Source: a virus (lineage: Duplodnaviria > Caudoviricetes). From it: DNA of 38,038 bases. Location: the IMG/VR virus record IMGVR_UViG_3300027985_001162, positions 1-38,038 of that record, one strand, 5' to 3'. Shown here in pieces: positions 8,812-17,731 of the stretch. The notes under the pieces were generated by a model that saw only the letters and a list, made by a program, of their open reading frames with translations, had not been told where the DNA came from and did no database searches. The position numbers and the translations under genes were made by a program. Positions within the stretch are counted from its first letter, which is position 1; every line of letters starts with the position of its first letter.

Positions 8812-9441
8812 ATGAAACCACAAATAATTAACATCAATACGCTCAAGAATAAGAAGTATGATGAGTTGGACATGGGAGACCATTACAACGAAATGCTTGG
8901 TATGATTGAGAGCAAAACACTCATCTTTTGCTACGGCACCAGCGGTAGTGGTAAAAGTGTTTGGATCATGCAATTAGCCAACTTCTTTTCGAGTCGATTT
9001 AGAGCAAAAGCTCTTTATTGCTCACACGAAGAAGCCTTTAAAAAGAGCATGCGCGATCGTTCCAACAACTTCAACATCGAAAGTAAGAAGCTCTATGTAG
9101 GCATGAATATCGATTTTGAAACGCTACTGGATAAAATACAACGCAATTATTACCGCATGGCCATTATCGATTCTGTACAGTACATGCAATTCACCTACGA
9201 GCAATTAAAAGAACTTAATGCCACATTTATAAAGCGCAAACTCATCGTAGTTCTTGTAAGCTTTGGGACTGCCTACAAGAAGCCTGCCTGCAGCAACGAC
9301 ATTATGCACGCCTGTGATATTAAGATTTTCTTCGATGCAGGTGTAGCAACCGTAGATAGTCGCTACTTATCAGAAACTAAGAAAGTGCGTTTATTTAAGC
9401 CACAAACAAATGCCGTTCAACAACAAACTAGCATGTTTTAA
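8812..9441 (+). CDS. RecA-fold (RadA/Sms/KaiC-like) P-loop ATPase
   Basis: GTSGSGKS, LYCSHEE, IIDSVQY, IMHACD. Confidence 0.8.
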   Translation: MKPQIININTLKNKKYDELDMGDHYNEMLGMIESKTLIFCYGTSGSGKSVWIMQLANFFSSRFRAKALYCSHEEAFKKSMRDRSNNFNIESKKLYVGMNIDFETLLDKIQRNYYRMAIIDSVQYMQFTYEQLKELNATFIKRKLIVVLVSFGTAYKKPACSNDIMHACDIKIFFDAGVATVDSRYLSETKKVRLFKPQTNAVQQQTSMF

Positions 9442-9442
9442 T

Positions 9443-9658
9443 ATGAAAGCAAAAGAAGAATTATTCGAAGAATTATTAGCAAAGATTAATGATGTAGGAA
9501 AAACTGAGAATCCACTTATCCAAATGGCTCGAATGGCCAAAATATCAGATTTCATTGAAGAAATCCAAAAGGAAGCATTTAAGGAAGGTGAAAAGGTTGG
9601 ATTTACAAAAGCAATGAACAAGTCTAATAGCATCAACATAGACATGCCTCCCAATTAA
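9443..9658 (+). CDS. Hypothetical protein, last gene of early operon
   Basis: ATG 1 nt after upstream stop; followed by a terminator. Confidence 0.6.
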   Translation: MKAKEELFEELLAKINDVGKTENPLIQMARMAKISDFIEEIQKEAFKEGEKVGFTKAMNKSNSINIDMPPN

Positions 9659-9678
9659 TAAATTTCTACTCCCATACT

Positions 9679-9711
9679 AAAAGCCTATTGAATTTCTCAA
9701 TAGGCTTTTTT
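9679..9711 (+). terminator. Rho-independent terminator of early operon
   Basis: AAAAGCCTATTGA-ATTTC-TCAATAGGCTTTTTT. Confidence 0.85.
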
Positions 9712-9718
9712 AAGTTTG
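9688..9718 (+). promoter_or_regulatory. Bacteroidota sigma-A-type promoter for moron genes
   Basis: TTG(9688-90)-N20-TAAGTTTG(9711-18). Confidence 0.65.
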
Positions 9719-9741
9719 TATAGTAACACAATTCAAACACC

Positions 9742-10344
9742 ATGAGAGTACTTATTTTCCTAACCGTTTTACTATGTACAACAGCGGCTCACTCACAAGC
9801 TGTTTACGATAGCCTTACCAACATTCCACCTGCTAAAATTAGTTGTTTATATGGTCAGACCGCTACCATTGTAGAGCTTAGCGAATTGTACCCGGCTAAA
9901 GAGTGGAAGAATAAGATTACTGATGCTGCAGTAATTAACAAGCAGTATAAGATTGTTAAAGCAGAGCAGGATGAGAGCAGGCCACAAGTGTGGATTCACC
10001 TTATTTCACCAAGCGACACTTTATTTTATCGCTTAACAAAAACGAACATGACACACCCACCGTTCTTGGTGAATGGCTTTTTCGAAAAACAAAAACAGTT
10101 ATACCTGGGCAAAAGTCTTAAGCTGAAGATTGACTATGAATACACCGAAGTTAACAGCGGTAAAGTACAGGCATTTACAACAGCAGATACTTTTAAGTGT
10201 ACCGGGTTAAGTTACGTAAATACTGAAGGTGAATTAATACCATCGTACACCTTAACAAATACTGTAGGCAGCACCATTAATGTACCGCTTAAAGGTTTCG
10301 AAACGGTTGCTACGAATACGATAGATCGTTTTACAATTCTATAA
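9742..10344 (+). CDS. Secreted/periplasmic hypothetical protein (moron)
   Basis: Signal peptide MRVLIFLTVLLCTTAAHS-Q (Gln after the cleavage site is typical of Bacteroidota). Confidence 0.75.
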   Translation: MRVLIFLTVLLCTTAAHSQAVYDSLTNIPPAKISCLYGQTATIVELSELYPAKEWKNKITDAAVINKQYKIVKAEQDESRPQVWIHLISPSDTLFYRLTKTNMTHPPFLVNGFFEKQKQLYLGKSLKLKIDYEYTEVNSGKVQAFTTADTFKCTGLSYVNTEGELIPSYTLTNTVGSTINVPLKGFETVATNTIDRFTIL

Positions 10345-10362
10345 TTTAAACAGCGTTTAAAT

Positions 10363-10983
10363 ATGAGTATACCTGTTTTAATTGGTGTTGTCCTTGGTAT
10401 TATTGTAGCTATAGCACAAAAATCGAATCAAAAGAAAAACACTAAAAGTACTACCAAAGAAAAGCAAGCTACAGCATTTGAGATAATGCAAATACAATCG
10501 AGAGGAGTTCAATTATTGGAAAGTCTCGAGATCATGGCCACCACCAAGAACCTTGATACGCTGCAAGGTAGAATGGATTTTGTCTTAGACTTTTATAGCT
10601 CCTTAATTACCTTGGCAAGTTTTAAGCAACGTTTCTTTAACGAAGCACAAGTAGCAATCGACACTTATAAGGAACGCTACTACGATAAGGTACTAAAAGT
10701 AGCTCAAGTGTCTTTATTGATTACCCCAAGTATGGATGATTTAAAAGCTTACTTTGCAAATTGCATTGTTATATGCTATGGTGAATTTGTAAAAGTACAA
10801 GCGGAAGAAATGAGCAGACTTAAAAGACAGAGTGCCATTGAAAAGCGCAAAGAGAATATTATTGATATTGGCTACAGTGCAAAATATCTTTTTTCATCTT
10901 ATGATTTACCCAACAACGGACACCAAGAGGCCATCGAAAAATTAAGAGAGCAATTTTATAGCAATGTAAAAGCAGCCCAATAG
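10363..10983 (+). CDS. N-terminally membrane-anchored hypothetical protein (moron)
   Basis: TM segment IPVLIGVVLGIIVAIA followed by a helical soluble domain. Confidence 0.75.
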   Translation: MSIPVLIGVVLGIIVAIAQKSNQKKNTKSTTKEKQATAFEIMQIQSRGVQLLESLEIMATTKNLDTLQGRMDFVLDFYSSLITLASFKQRFFNEAQVAIDTYKERYYDKVLKVAQVSLLITPSMDDLKAYFANCIVICYGEFVKVQAEEMSRLKRQSAIEKRKENIIDIGYSAKYLFSSYDLPNNGHQEAIEKLREQFYSNVKAAQ

Positions 10984-10992
10984 GCTGCCTTT
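10968..10992. terminator. Probable bidirectional terminator between convergent genes
   Basis: AAAAGCAGCC-CAATA-GGCTGCCTTT. Confidence 0.6.
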
Positions 10993-10995
10993 ATT

Positions 10996-11871
10996 TTAAG
11001 TACTCATAGGCTCTTCAAACAATACTGCACCCGAAACGCTACTCACATACTTCGGCTTATACAGCATAATATCGGTATAACCTGCATTATGATTCACCTT
11101 CACTGGCATTTCGTACTTTATCGAACCTTCGAAGGGATTGGTAGCTTCCAAATTCTTTTCTAGCCACTCGCACAGTTCCACTATCGAAGACTTGTCGGAA
11201 GTGAAGTATACATACGAATTATTCTTCAGTACGTTTAAAACATCCAAGTAGTCCGAAAGTCTCCAGTAGTTCTTGTAAGTTCCCACCTCTGTACTTAGGT
11301 ACGGTGGGTCTACAAGGAAAACCACATTGTCCAAATGCTTGTATTTGTTAAACAGCTCTTTATAATCATAATTAACGATCATTAAGCCATCTAAATAGCC
11401 ACTAACATCGTAGTTGCTGTGGCGAACACAATTGTATAAGGTTTGTTTTTCGAAGCCCTGCAAGGTGGTAGAATAGTTCATGCTAAACAGCAAGGAAGAA
11501 GACAGGGTAATATAGTCCACGAAGCCTTTCTTTTCTTCTTTGGTGATGTAATTTATAACCCGGTTCTTAATTTCGTTAGGCAACTTTTTATCCTTATGAC
11601 AATCTTTTACTATGTTCCTAATGTGTTCGAGCATGTTGTTGGTTCTGTCAGCATTTAACAACCTTTGGTGGTAGTCATCAAAATCGTTGTAAATCACTTG
11701 TGCATCAGGTCGCTCACGCTTAACGGTGTGAGCCAACAAACCACTGCCACCAAATAAATCTATAAACAAGGTTTCGTCCTTAAAGCTGTTTAAAGCCTGT
11801 TTAAATTGTTTTAAATAACGTCTCTTTTGCCCCATAAAAGGTAATGGGGCACTCGAAAATGTTCTGTTCAT
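10996..11871 (-). CDS. D12-class N6-adenine DNA methyltransferase
   Basis: APLPFMGQKR, IDLFGGSG, IYNDFD, LVDPPY. Confidence 0.9.
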   Translation of the reverse strand: MNRTFSSAPLPFMGQKRRYLKQFKQALNSFKDETLFIDLFGGSGLLAHTVKRERPDAQVIYNDFDDYHQRLLNADRTNNMLEHIRNIVKDCHKDKKLPNEIKNRVINYITKEEKKGFVDYITLSSSLLFSMNYSTTLQGFEKQTLYNCVRHSNYDVSGYLDGLMIVNYDYKELFNKYKHLDNVVFLVDPPYLSTEVGTYKNYWRLSDYLDVLNVLKNNSYVYFTSDKSSIVELCEWLEKNLEATNPFEGSIKYEMPVKVNHNAGYTDIMLYKPKYVSSVSGAVLFEEPMST

Positions 11872-11895
11872 TCAATAAAAATGTTTTTGATTACT

Positions 11896-12042
11896 TATAT
11901 TTGCAATCTCTCACAACATGTACAAAAAAAGGTGCGCGAACACCGCCCAAAGGCTTAATGGCCTCCGGCGTAGTGTTCGCGCACTTTTGTGTATTGAGAG
12001 GTGAGAGTCTCAATATGAGTCGGAGGCTCTTTTACCTCCTTT
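11896..12042. ncRNA. Structured RNA element upstream of the adenine methyltransferase
   Basis: 12-bp perfect stem GTGCGCGAACAC/GTGTTCGCGCAC plus several alternative helices; + strand TATATTTG box at 11896-11903. Confidence 0.6.
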
Positions 12043-12047
12043 AAGTT

Positions 12048-12587
12048 TTATTTATTAGCCTCTAAAAAGGCTTTTAATTCCTTATAAGTTTCAAACTTCA
12101 CCTGAAAATCGATTACCTTATTAGGGTATGTCACATTCCAGTTTTCAATTACCGCATCCAACATCATTATGCCCTCATCCGTCCACCTTGTGCAATTGCA
12201 GGGTATTAGCTTTATTGAGTTGGTAGGGACTTGTATCTCTACTCCCTCAACTTCTACGGTGTCAGTTTCCTTGATGTAATCAAAAATGAATTCAGGAAAT
12301 GATTGATAAACAAAGCCAGCATATTGCTTAACTGCGGGGATGATTTCGACTGGCATTAAGAAGTACTTGAACAAAGGCGGGTATTGTTCGTCCTGTAACC
12401 AAGCCTGTAATTCATCTTCGCTATTAAATACATAATCAAAGTCATAACCGTCTATGTATTGATTGAAGGCAAAGAGCTTTTTGTATGAGTTTCCTAAGAG
12501 CTCAATATCCTGAAATTTATCCTTGACGATCTCTTGGTAATTGTCAGGATTATATTTTTGTGCTTGTATCAATCCTATCTTTACCAT
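12048..12587 (-). CDS. Hypothetical protein distal to tail fibre genes
   Basis: 179-aa ORF overlapping the upstream gene by 7 nt. Confidence 0.7.
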   Translation of the reverse strand: MVKIGLIQAQKYNPDNYQEIVKDKFQDIELLGNSYKKLFAFNQYIDGYDFDYVFNSEDELQAWLQDEQYPPLFKYFLMPVEIIPAVKQYAGFVYQSFPEFIFDYIKETDTVEVEGVEIQVPTNSIKLIPCNCTRWTDEGIMMLDAVIENWNVTYPNKVIDFQVKFETYKELKAFLEANK

Positions 12588-13378
12588 GAGTTAATTACAT
12601 TTAAGTTGGCGTAATCAAGCTGTTCCTGTATCGTACCAGCCGGCAATTCAATAATTTCACCATGATTATGATTTCCTGAAGCATCTTCAACTCCCACTCG
12701 CATATCACTGCCATCCTGTGCATCTGAAAAATCAAGAATTGCAGCATTATTGAAATAATACTTCGCATATATACCGCTACTATTAAGGTCATCATTGCCT
12801 AGACCGTTACTGTATTTATGATTTAATTCATTATCCGATATAACACGTGAATAAATAGTCAGCTCATGTATTTGCAAGTTTGAATAATTATCTACGTTAC
12901 CTATTGTACTTGAATAATAACTAGACGTTCCAACTATTATTCTCTTAAGAATAGTTGGAACTTCTAATGAACTCATTGATATTGAAGATTGATTCACATA
13001 AGCCGTAAGTCCTTTAAATGCGCAAAATATAAGGTTATTATTATGAGAATGAGAAAAAGGGGTATTCTTCCAGTACAAATTGTATTGTCCAGATGCCACG
13101 TCTTCTTGAATAGATAGAGATATCGCTTTTGAGTTTTGATCATCAAATGAGATATAGCCTGTTTTTGCGGTAGTAATGTCTTTTACATTTTTTAGGTAAG
13201 TGGTAAATGAAAAGCCTTCATCAACTGCTAAACCTGCATCTGGCAATTTGACATTAAGTTTTATCCCGGCTCTAAACTTACCACTACTACCATAATTATA
13301 ATTCTGCTTCAACACCTTGCCACTCCCTTGTGCTCGCAGTATCTTACCGCTTGTACCATTTTGTTTTAATATCTTCAT
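12581..13378 (-). CDS. LamG/concanavalin-like tail-associated protein
   Basis: IHELTIYSRVISDNEL and VEDASGNHNHG are LamG-type motifs. Confidence 0.65.
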   Translation of the reverse strand: MKILKQNGTSGKILRAQGSGKVLKQNYNYGSSGKFRAGIKLNVKLPDAGLAVDEGFSFTTYLKNVKDITTAKTGYISFDDQNSKAISLSIQEDVASGQYNLYWKNTPFSHSHNNNLIFCAFKGLTAYVNQSSISMSSLEVPTILKRIIVGTSSYYSSTIGNVDNYSNLQIHELTIYSRVISDNELNHKYSNGLGNDDLNSSGIYAKYYFNNAAILDFSDAQDGSDMRVGVEDASGNHNHGEIIELPAGTIQEQLDYANLNVINSW

Positions 13379-13379
13379 C

Positions 13380-15236
13380 TTAAGTCATTTTTGCCCAATA
13401 CCCATTCATATTTCTCTTGTACCATGCATTATTCGCTGTGTCCCAATATTCTTGTCCTTGTTCAGCTTCTTCATTGGTGGCATCTAAACTTTCATCATAC
13501 ATACCATTAGTCGCAAAGTCATGAGCTGATAAATTAGCCGTAAGAATAGGATGAGATGTACTCGTAATTTCTAAAGTTGTAGTATCTGGAAAATCAAGCT
13601 TTGTCCATCCGTTATTTTTATCGATGCAAGCGTAATATGCACCTCCTGTACTTCTTCTAAACCAAGTGCCTTTTTTACTTTTTGAATTAATTTGCTTAAA
13701 GCCTGCCGTACTCCATCCAGCAATATCTTCAAGTTCGGCAATGATTAAATCATCGTGAGCAATACCTGGTGTCAATGAATCCTGACCTCGATTTCTTACC
13801 CAGGTTGCCCAACCATCAGCGGAAGTAGTCCCATTTGAATGAGCCGTACAAAGAAAAAAATCTGAGCCAATCCGGTACTCTTGCGAATTTTCGCCTAATG
13901 CTCCGCTCAAATTATCTCCTGTGATGCTTATTTCGTCTCCATCCCAAAGCGGATTTGTTTCATCAAGATGAGCTGAAAGTGTTGGTGCTCCTAGTTTATC
14001 CAACTGTGCAATGGCTTCACTAACAACAGCAGTTCCATCTGCTAACTTCTCAACCGTTAGAATCTTTTTTTCACCAACTGCAATGTCGCTCACATCTACA
14101 TTTGTGGTTGAAAGAACCGTATCATAAGTAAAGTTTGTATAACCAATGGCATTACCATTTTCATCAACTACAATGAAACGTTTGGCGTTACCCGCTGAAG
14201 GTGTTACTTCGGATAGATTATGTAGGTGTCCATTAACACTAAATACTTTCTTTTTGATCCAACGACCATCGCCACTAACATCATCAGGTTTTAAATACAC
14301 ATCACCATCATCGGCAGTACTTTCAGTTTCGCTATACTCATAAATCGCACCAGTGGCATAGTTACCCACATCCATACCGTTATCATGAATATTTAATAGA
14401 CGAATAGCAGCTACATCAGCTTCCCATGTAGATGGTAAACCTGTTGCTGAAGGTTGAGAAGTTCCACCACCTTTGGGTATAAATTGAAGCTGTAACAATA
14501 TACCACTATCGTGTTGAACAAATGCATTATCAGCTAAGGTGTAAACAATCTCAACATAATCACCGTGGTCAGTAACGCTTGAAACTATCAGCTCACCATA
14601 AAAATTATAATCCGTACCATTATTTGTATGCTCTCCCGACTGAAGGTAAATAATATCACCCTCAGATAAATCCTTTAAAAAATTGACCTTACGTATATGA
14701 CCAAGTGCATTATACATTGTCTTATGAATGTATATGCGTGAACCATCGCTTATAGGATAATTATTAAACCGAATTTGCCCAACACTTGGAGTCGTAGGAA
14801 CTGTTATAGTGACTAATTGCCACACAAAAACAGGCAATTGTGATAAATCAAGCTTTCGCTTTCCATCTTCATCCTTTAAACCGAAACCTGCGTCAGGTAC
14901 ATCCGGGATGGTTGGAATATTGGGTATATCATCCACAAGCGCAATTGTACCCGATTTATTAGGGAAAGAATACGTCCAATTGGCTGTAATATTCTCAAAG
15001 CTAAACAAGCCGTAAAAGGCCTTGGCCATATTCCAAAACCTTGCACCAACATTACGTACATAAGTCTCATCGTGATGATGATTACCTATTGCTTCGTCAA
15101 GGCCTTCAACATCAGCAACCGGGACTTTATCGCTTTTATGCCTATAAGAATCGAAGATGTCCCAAAAGTGCTGCTGCAAGGGCTTGAGGCCTGTTTTAAA
15201 GCGGTTCTTGTGGGTTTGTACGGGTTGTATCGACAT
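13380..15236 (-). CDS. Tail fibre / receptor-binding protein
   Basis: N-terminal KNRFKTGLKPLQQHFWDIFDSYRHK typical of Bacteroidota phage fibres; repeated aromatic C-terminal modules; start likely ATG 15236. Confidence 0.7.
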   Translation of the reverse strand: MSIQPVQTHKNRFKTGLKPLQQHFWDIFDSYRHKSDKVPVADVEGLDEAIGNHHHDETYVRNVGARFWNMAKAFYGLFSFENITANWTYSFPNKSGTIALVDDIPNIPTIPDVPDAGFGLKDEDGKRKLDLSQLPVFVWQLVTITVPTTPSVGQIRFNNYPISDGSRIYIHKTMYNALGHIRKVNFLKDLSEGDIIYLQSGEHTNNGTDYNFYGELIVSSVTDHGDYVEIVYTLADNAFVQHDSGILLQLQFIPKGGGTSQPSATGLPSTWEADVAAIRLLNIHDNGMDVGNYATGAIYEYSETESTADDGDVYLKPDDVSGDGRWIKKKVFSVNGHLHNLSEVTPSAGNAKRFIVVDENGNAIGYTNFTYDTVLSTTNVDVSDIAVGEKKILTVEKLADGTAVVSEAIAQLDKLGAPTLSAHLDETNPLWDGDEISITGDNLSGALGENSQEYRIGSDFFLCTAHSNGTTSADGWATWVRNRGQDSLTPGIAHDDLIIAELEDIAGWSTAGFKQINSKSKKGTWFRRSTGGAYYACIDKNNGWTKLDFPDTTTLEITSTSHPILTANLSAHDFATNGMYDESLDATNEEAEQGQEYWDTANNAWYKRNMNGYWAKMT

Positions 15237-15238
15237 GG

Positions 15239-16333
15239 TTATTCTTTTATGTAGCTGAGACAATCAAGATTAAATATACCAGAACCTGATTGAGAATGAC
15301 ACCCTCCATCAGGCATTAAAAGAATCTCATGCGTCCCTGCATCAATCCAATCTTCACCAATTGTAACGTGTAATATTAAATTACGGTCTGGTCTAAATTG
15401 TTCAGGGAGTTGAAACAATTGCATACCTATTACCTGTCCAGTAAAATTGGTCACTATTGAGCCTTTAAATCGAATTTCATTTTTTAAGCCTAGACCAACA
15501 TAAGCGTTAGATGTATCAATAGTAACACCTTCTTGGGCAGGAGCTGTCAACTGCACCCACTCAATAGGCGCATTAATTTCGTCCAAGCGCGCTTTATTAC
15601 TTAGCGACAAAGTCTTATTCGCAGCAGCTATGGCTTCTACATCACCTAAGCGACTGAGGCTTTCATCTGCCTTTTCTTTGAGCACCTCGTTGGTATAAAA
15701 CTCCTTGAGATCACTAAATGCCACGCTCCCGGTACTGTTAGTTGTCCATTCCGCCGTGAAAGGAACGGTATCGGTATTAACTTTAATGAAGGCAGCTTCG
15801 TTTAGATTTCCGGCTGGCAAATACATCACATTTTGGTCGATAACTACGTACCCAAAACCAACGGCCGGGCGTTCGCCAAGGCATCCGGTTAAGATGTAAT
15901 TATTTTTTGAGGCGATGCGTGATAGTAGCTTTGTTTTCTCGTGACCAGCATAGAGCTCACGAATACTCGGGATACGTACAACTTCGTCACGTGGCACATT
16001 CTCTTCAGGAATTGAGCTTGTGCCTATCTCAGCGTATACACTTACTTCTTTGCGTGAGGCAATGCCTACGGTAATCGGTGTTGTATTACGCACGATTCTG
16101 AAATTAGGGCTCACCATGGTATTGCCTCCCACAAATGGCATTACTTCGCCCCGCAGAACAATAATACCGGGTGACATATGATAATAATCTCCCAACTCGC
16201 AACCACTCAGGTAATAGCTATCCCCTCCAAGGGCGCAAAGCTTTTCAAGGAAGGAGTAACTCTCTTGCATGTAGGCTAGTGTACTTGCGGTTAGGGCAAA
16301 GTCGGTATCGGGTAGTATTAGTTGTTTTTCCAT
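15239..16333 (-). CDS. Baseplate-proximal tail fibre protein
   Basis: TLAYMQESY and GIIVLRGEVMPFVGG at the N-terminus; C-terminal FQLPEQFRP; synteny after baseplate genes. Confidence 0.7.
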   Translation of the reverse strand: MEKQLILPDTDFALTASTLAYMQESYSFLEKLCALGGDSYYLSGCELGDYYHMSPGIIVLRGEVMPFVGGNTMVSPNFRIVRNTTPITVGIASRKEVSVYAEIGTSSIPEENVPRDEVVRIPSIRELYAGHEKTKLLSRIASKNNYILTGCLGERPAVGFGYVVIDQNVMYLPAGNLNEAAFIKVNTDTVPFTAEWTTNSTGSVAFSDLKEFYTNEVLKEKADESLSRLGDVEAIAAANKTLSLSNKARLDEINAPIEWVQLTAPAQEGVTIDTSNAYVGLGLKNEIRFKGSIVTNFTGQVIGMQLFQLPEQFRPDRNLILHVTIGEDWIDAGTHEILLMPDGGCHSQSGSGIFNLDCLSYIKE

Positions 16334-16334
16334 G

Positions 16335-16814
16335 TTATAAGGTTCTTATGTCGTATCTTATTCCTATTAATTTATACTTATTGATAAGTGCTTTCATGCG
16401 GTATGTTTGACCTTCTGTTAAGGTGAATGGCACATGTACGATGGCATCATATTCGCCGCCATCGTAACTACTGTCAGGGTGTAAAACTATTACAGCTTCT
16501 GCTTGGTCATCGGGCTGAAGTACAATTTCTTTCCAATCATCATCAGGAAACAAAGCAATTACCTCGTGGCCTCCGGAGTCGCTTGTATATATTCTCCTTT
16601 CATCAACATCAAAGGCATCATTCAATACCGCTTCTATCGACCATACTTGCGAAGTATGAGCCAACTCATAATTTACTTCAGCTTCATCCTTCTTAATCTG
16701 ATTGTACAGAAATACAATGGGTGCTAACATGGCCCTTATAAAAGAGAAGATGGTAGCCGTTCGCTTTTTAATTGGCAAGAGCAGTACTATAAACTTATTC
16801 CAGTTAATTTCCAT
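16335..16814 (-). CDS. Baseplate wedge protein (gpI-like)
   Basis: QVWSIEAVLNDAFD and INKYKLIGIRY; follows the J-like gene. Confidence 0.65.
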   Translation of the reverse strand: MEINWNKFIVLLLPIKKRTATIFSFIRAMLAPIVFLYNQIKKDEAEVNYELAHTSQVWSIEAVLNDAFDVDERRIYTSDSGGHEVIALFPDDDWKEIVLQPDDQAEAVIVLHPDSSYDGGEYDAIVHVPFTLTEGQTYRMKALINKYKLIGIRYDIRTL

Positions 16815-17649
16815 CGTATGGCCTGTAATTAAAGGTTAAGTTCTCAGGAGCAATTACCATATACCCGGCTTCAGGTCTCACTTTTGCATCAATCAGCTTC
16901 CAATCGTTATTCGCGTATTTTGTTTCGGCTAATTTTACTTCAGGTATAACCACACCTTTTGTAGCTTGTAAAGCATCTTCCATTCGTACAATTTGAAACT
17001 CTCCATTAAAAGGAAGATTCTTAATATGTGACTTTACAGTATCTAAAGCAGGCTCTACACCACTACCATCCAATAACATTCCTTGGTCATCTAAAACAGT
17101 AGGATCGTACCAAATGTCAATCTCGAACTTCGCATCATCACCATCGGCAGAAATGATTTTTACATCAACACCAAAGTCTTTCGCTTTTCTTATGTAGGTA
17201 GAAAATGCAGCTAATTGCTCATCACTTAAAGCAGCTAATTCACCATTAACTAAACGAGCTACTTTAAGAAATACTGATCGCCCAATCTCATCTGCTGCAA
17301 CATATTCAACAATTTGCTTACTTTCATCAATAACATCATACTTACCTGTAATTGTATTGTATTCATCTCCATACTGAAACGCTTTACTTAGCTCTACATA
17401 CCACTGGCCGCCGTGTGTTCCTCTTTCATTTAAAGAAGCATTCACATCAGCTTTGTGCTTATCGTTATTAGATTCTAACACAAACATCGAAGAGGCGACA
17501 ATATAAAATAGAATGCTTTCGAAGCTCACTTTCGAAAATCGACTATCAAAAGCTTCCCCAACATTAAAGCCGTAATATGCAGCCATGGTTGGGTTACTCA
17601 TAAACTCAACACATATACTATTTTTTATTTCGGTTATTGATCTTGCCAT
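16804..17649 (-). CDS. Baseplate J-like protein
   Basis: MARSITEIK, WYVELSKAFQYG, KDFGVDVKI, LPFNG, LQATKGV; start moved to ATG 17649. Confidence 0.7.
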   Translation of the reverse strand: MARSITEIKNSICVEFMSNPTMAAYYGFNVGEAFDSRFSKVSFESILFYIVASSMFVLESNNDKHKADVNASLNERGTHGGQWYVELSKAFQYGDEYNTITGKYDVIDESKQIVEYVAADEIGRSVFLKVARLVNGELAALSDEQLAAFSTYIRKAKDFGVDVKIISADGDDAKFEIDIWYDPTVLDDQGMLLDGSGVEPALDTVKSHIKNLPFNGEFQIVRMEDALQATKGVVIPEVKLAETKYANNDWKLIDAKVRPEAGYMVIAPENLTFNYRPYDGN

Positions 17650-17731
17650 TTTTTTGCTTCTAGCTGATAGCTGCGAGCTGTTAGCTTTTTGCAGCTTGGT
17701 TATACCTTTTACTATGCACTCTGGTAGTGCA

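Noticed and set aside
11844-12044. 66-aa ORF over the structured element
   Set aside because: Overlaps the MTase start on the opposite strand; better explained as RNA structure.
12048-16333. Diversity-generating retroelement or invertible tail segment
   Set aside because: No reverse transcriptase or invertase, and I saw no TR/VR pair or flanking inverted repeats by eye.
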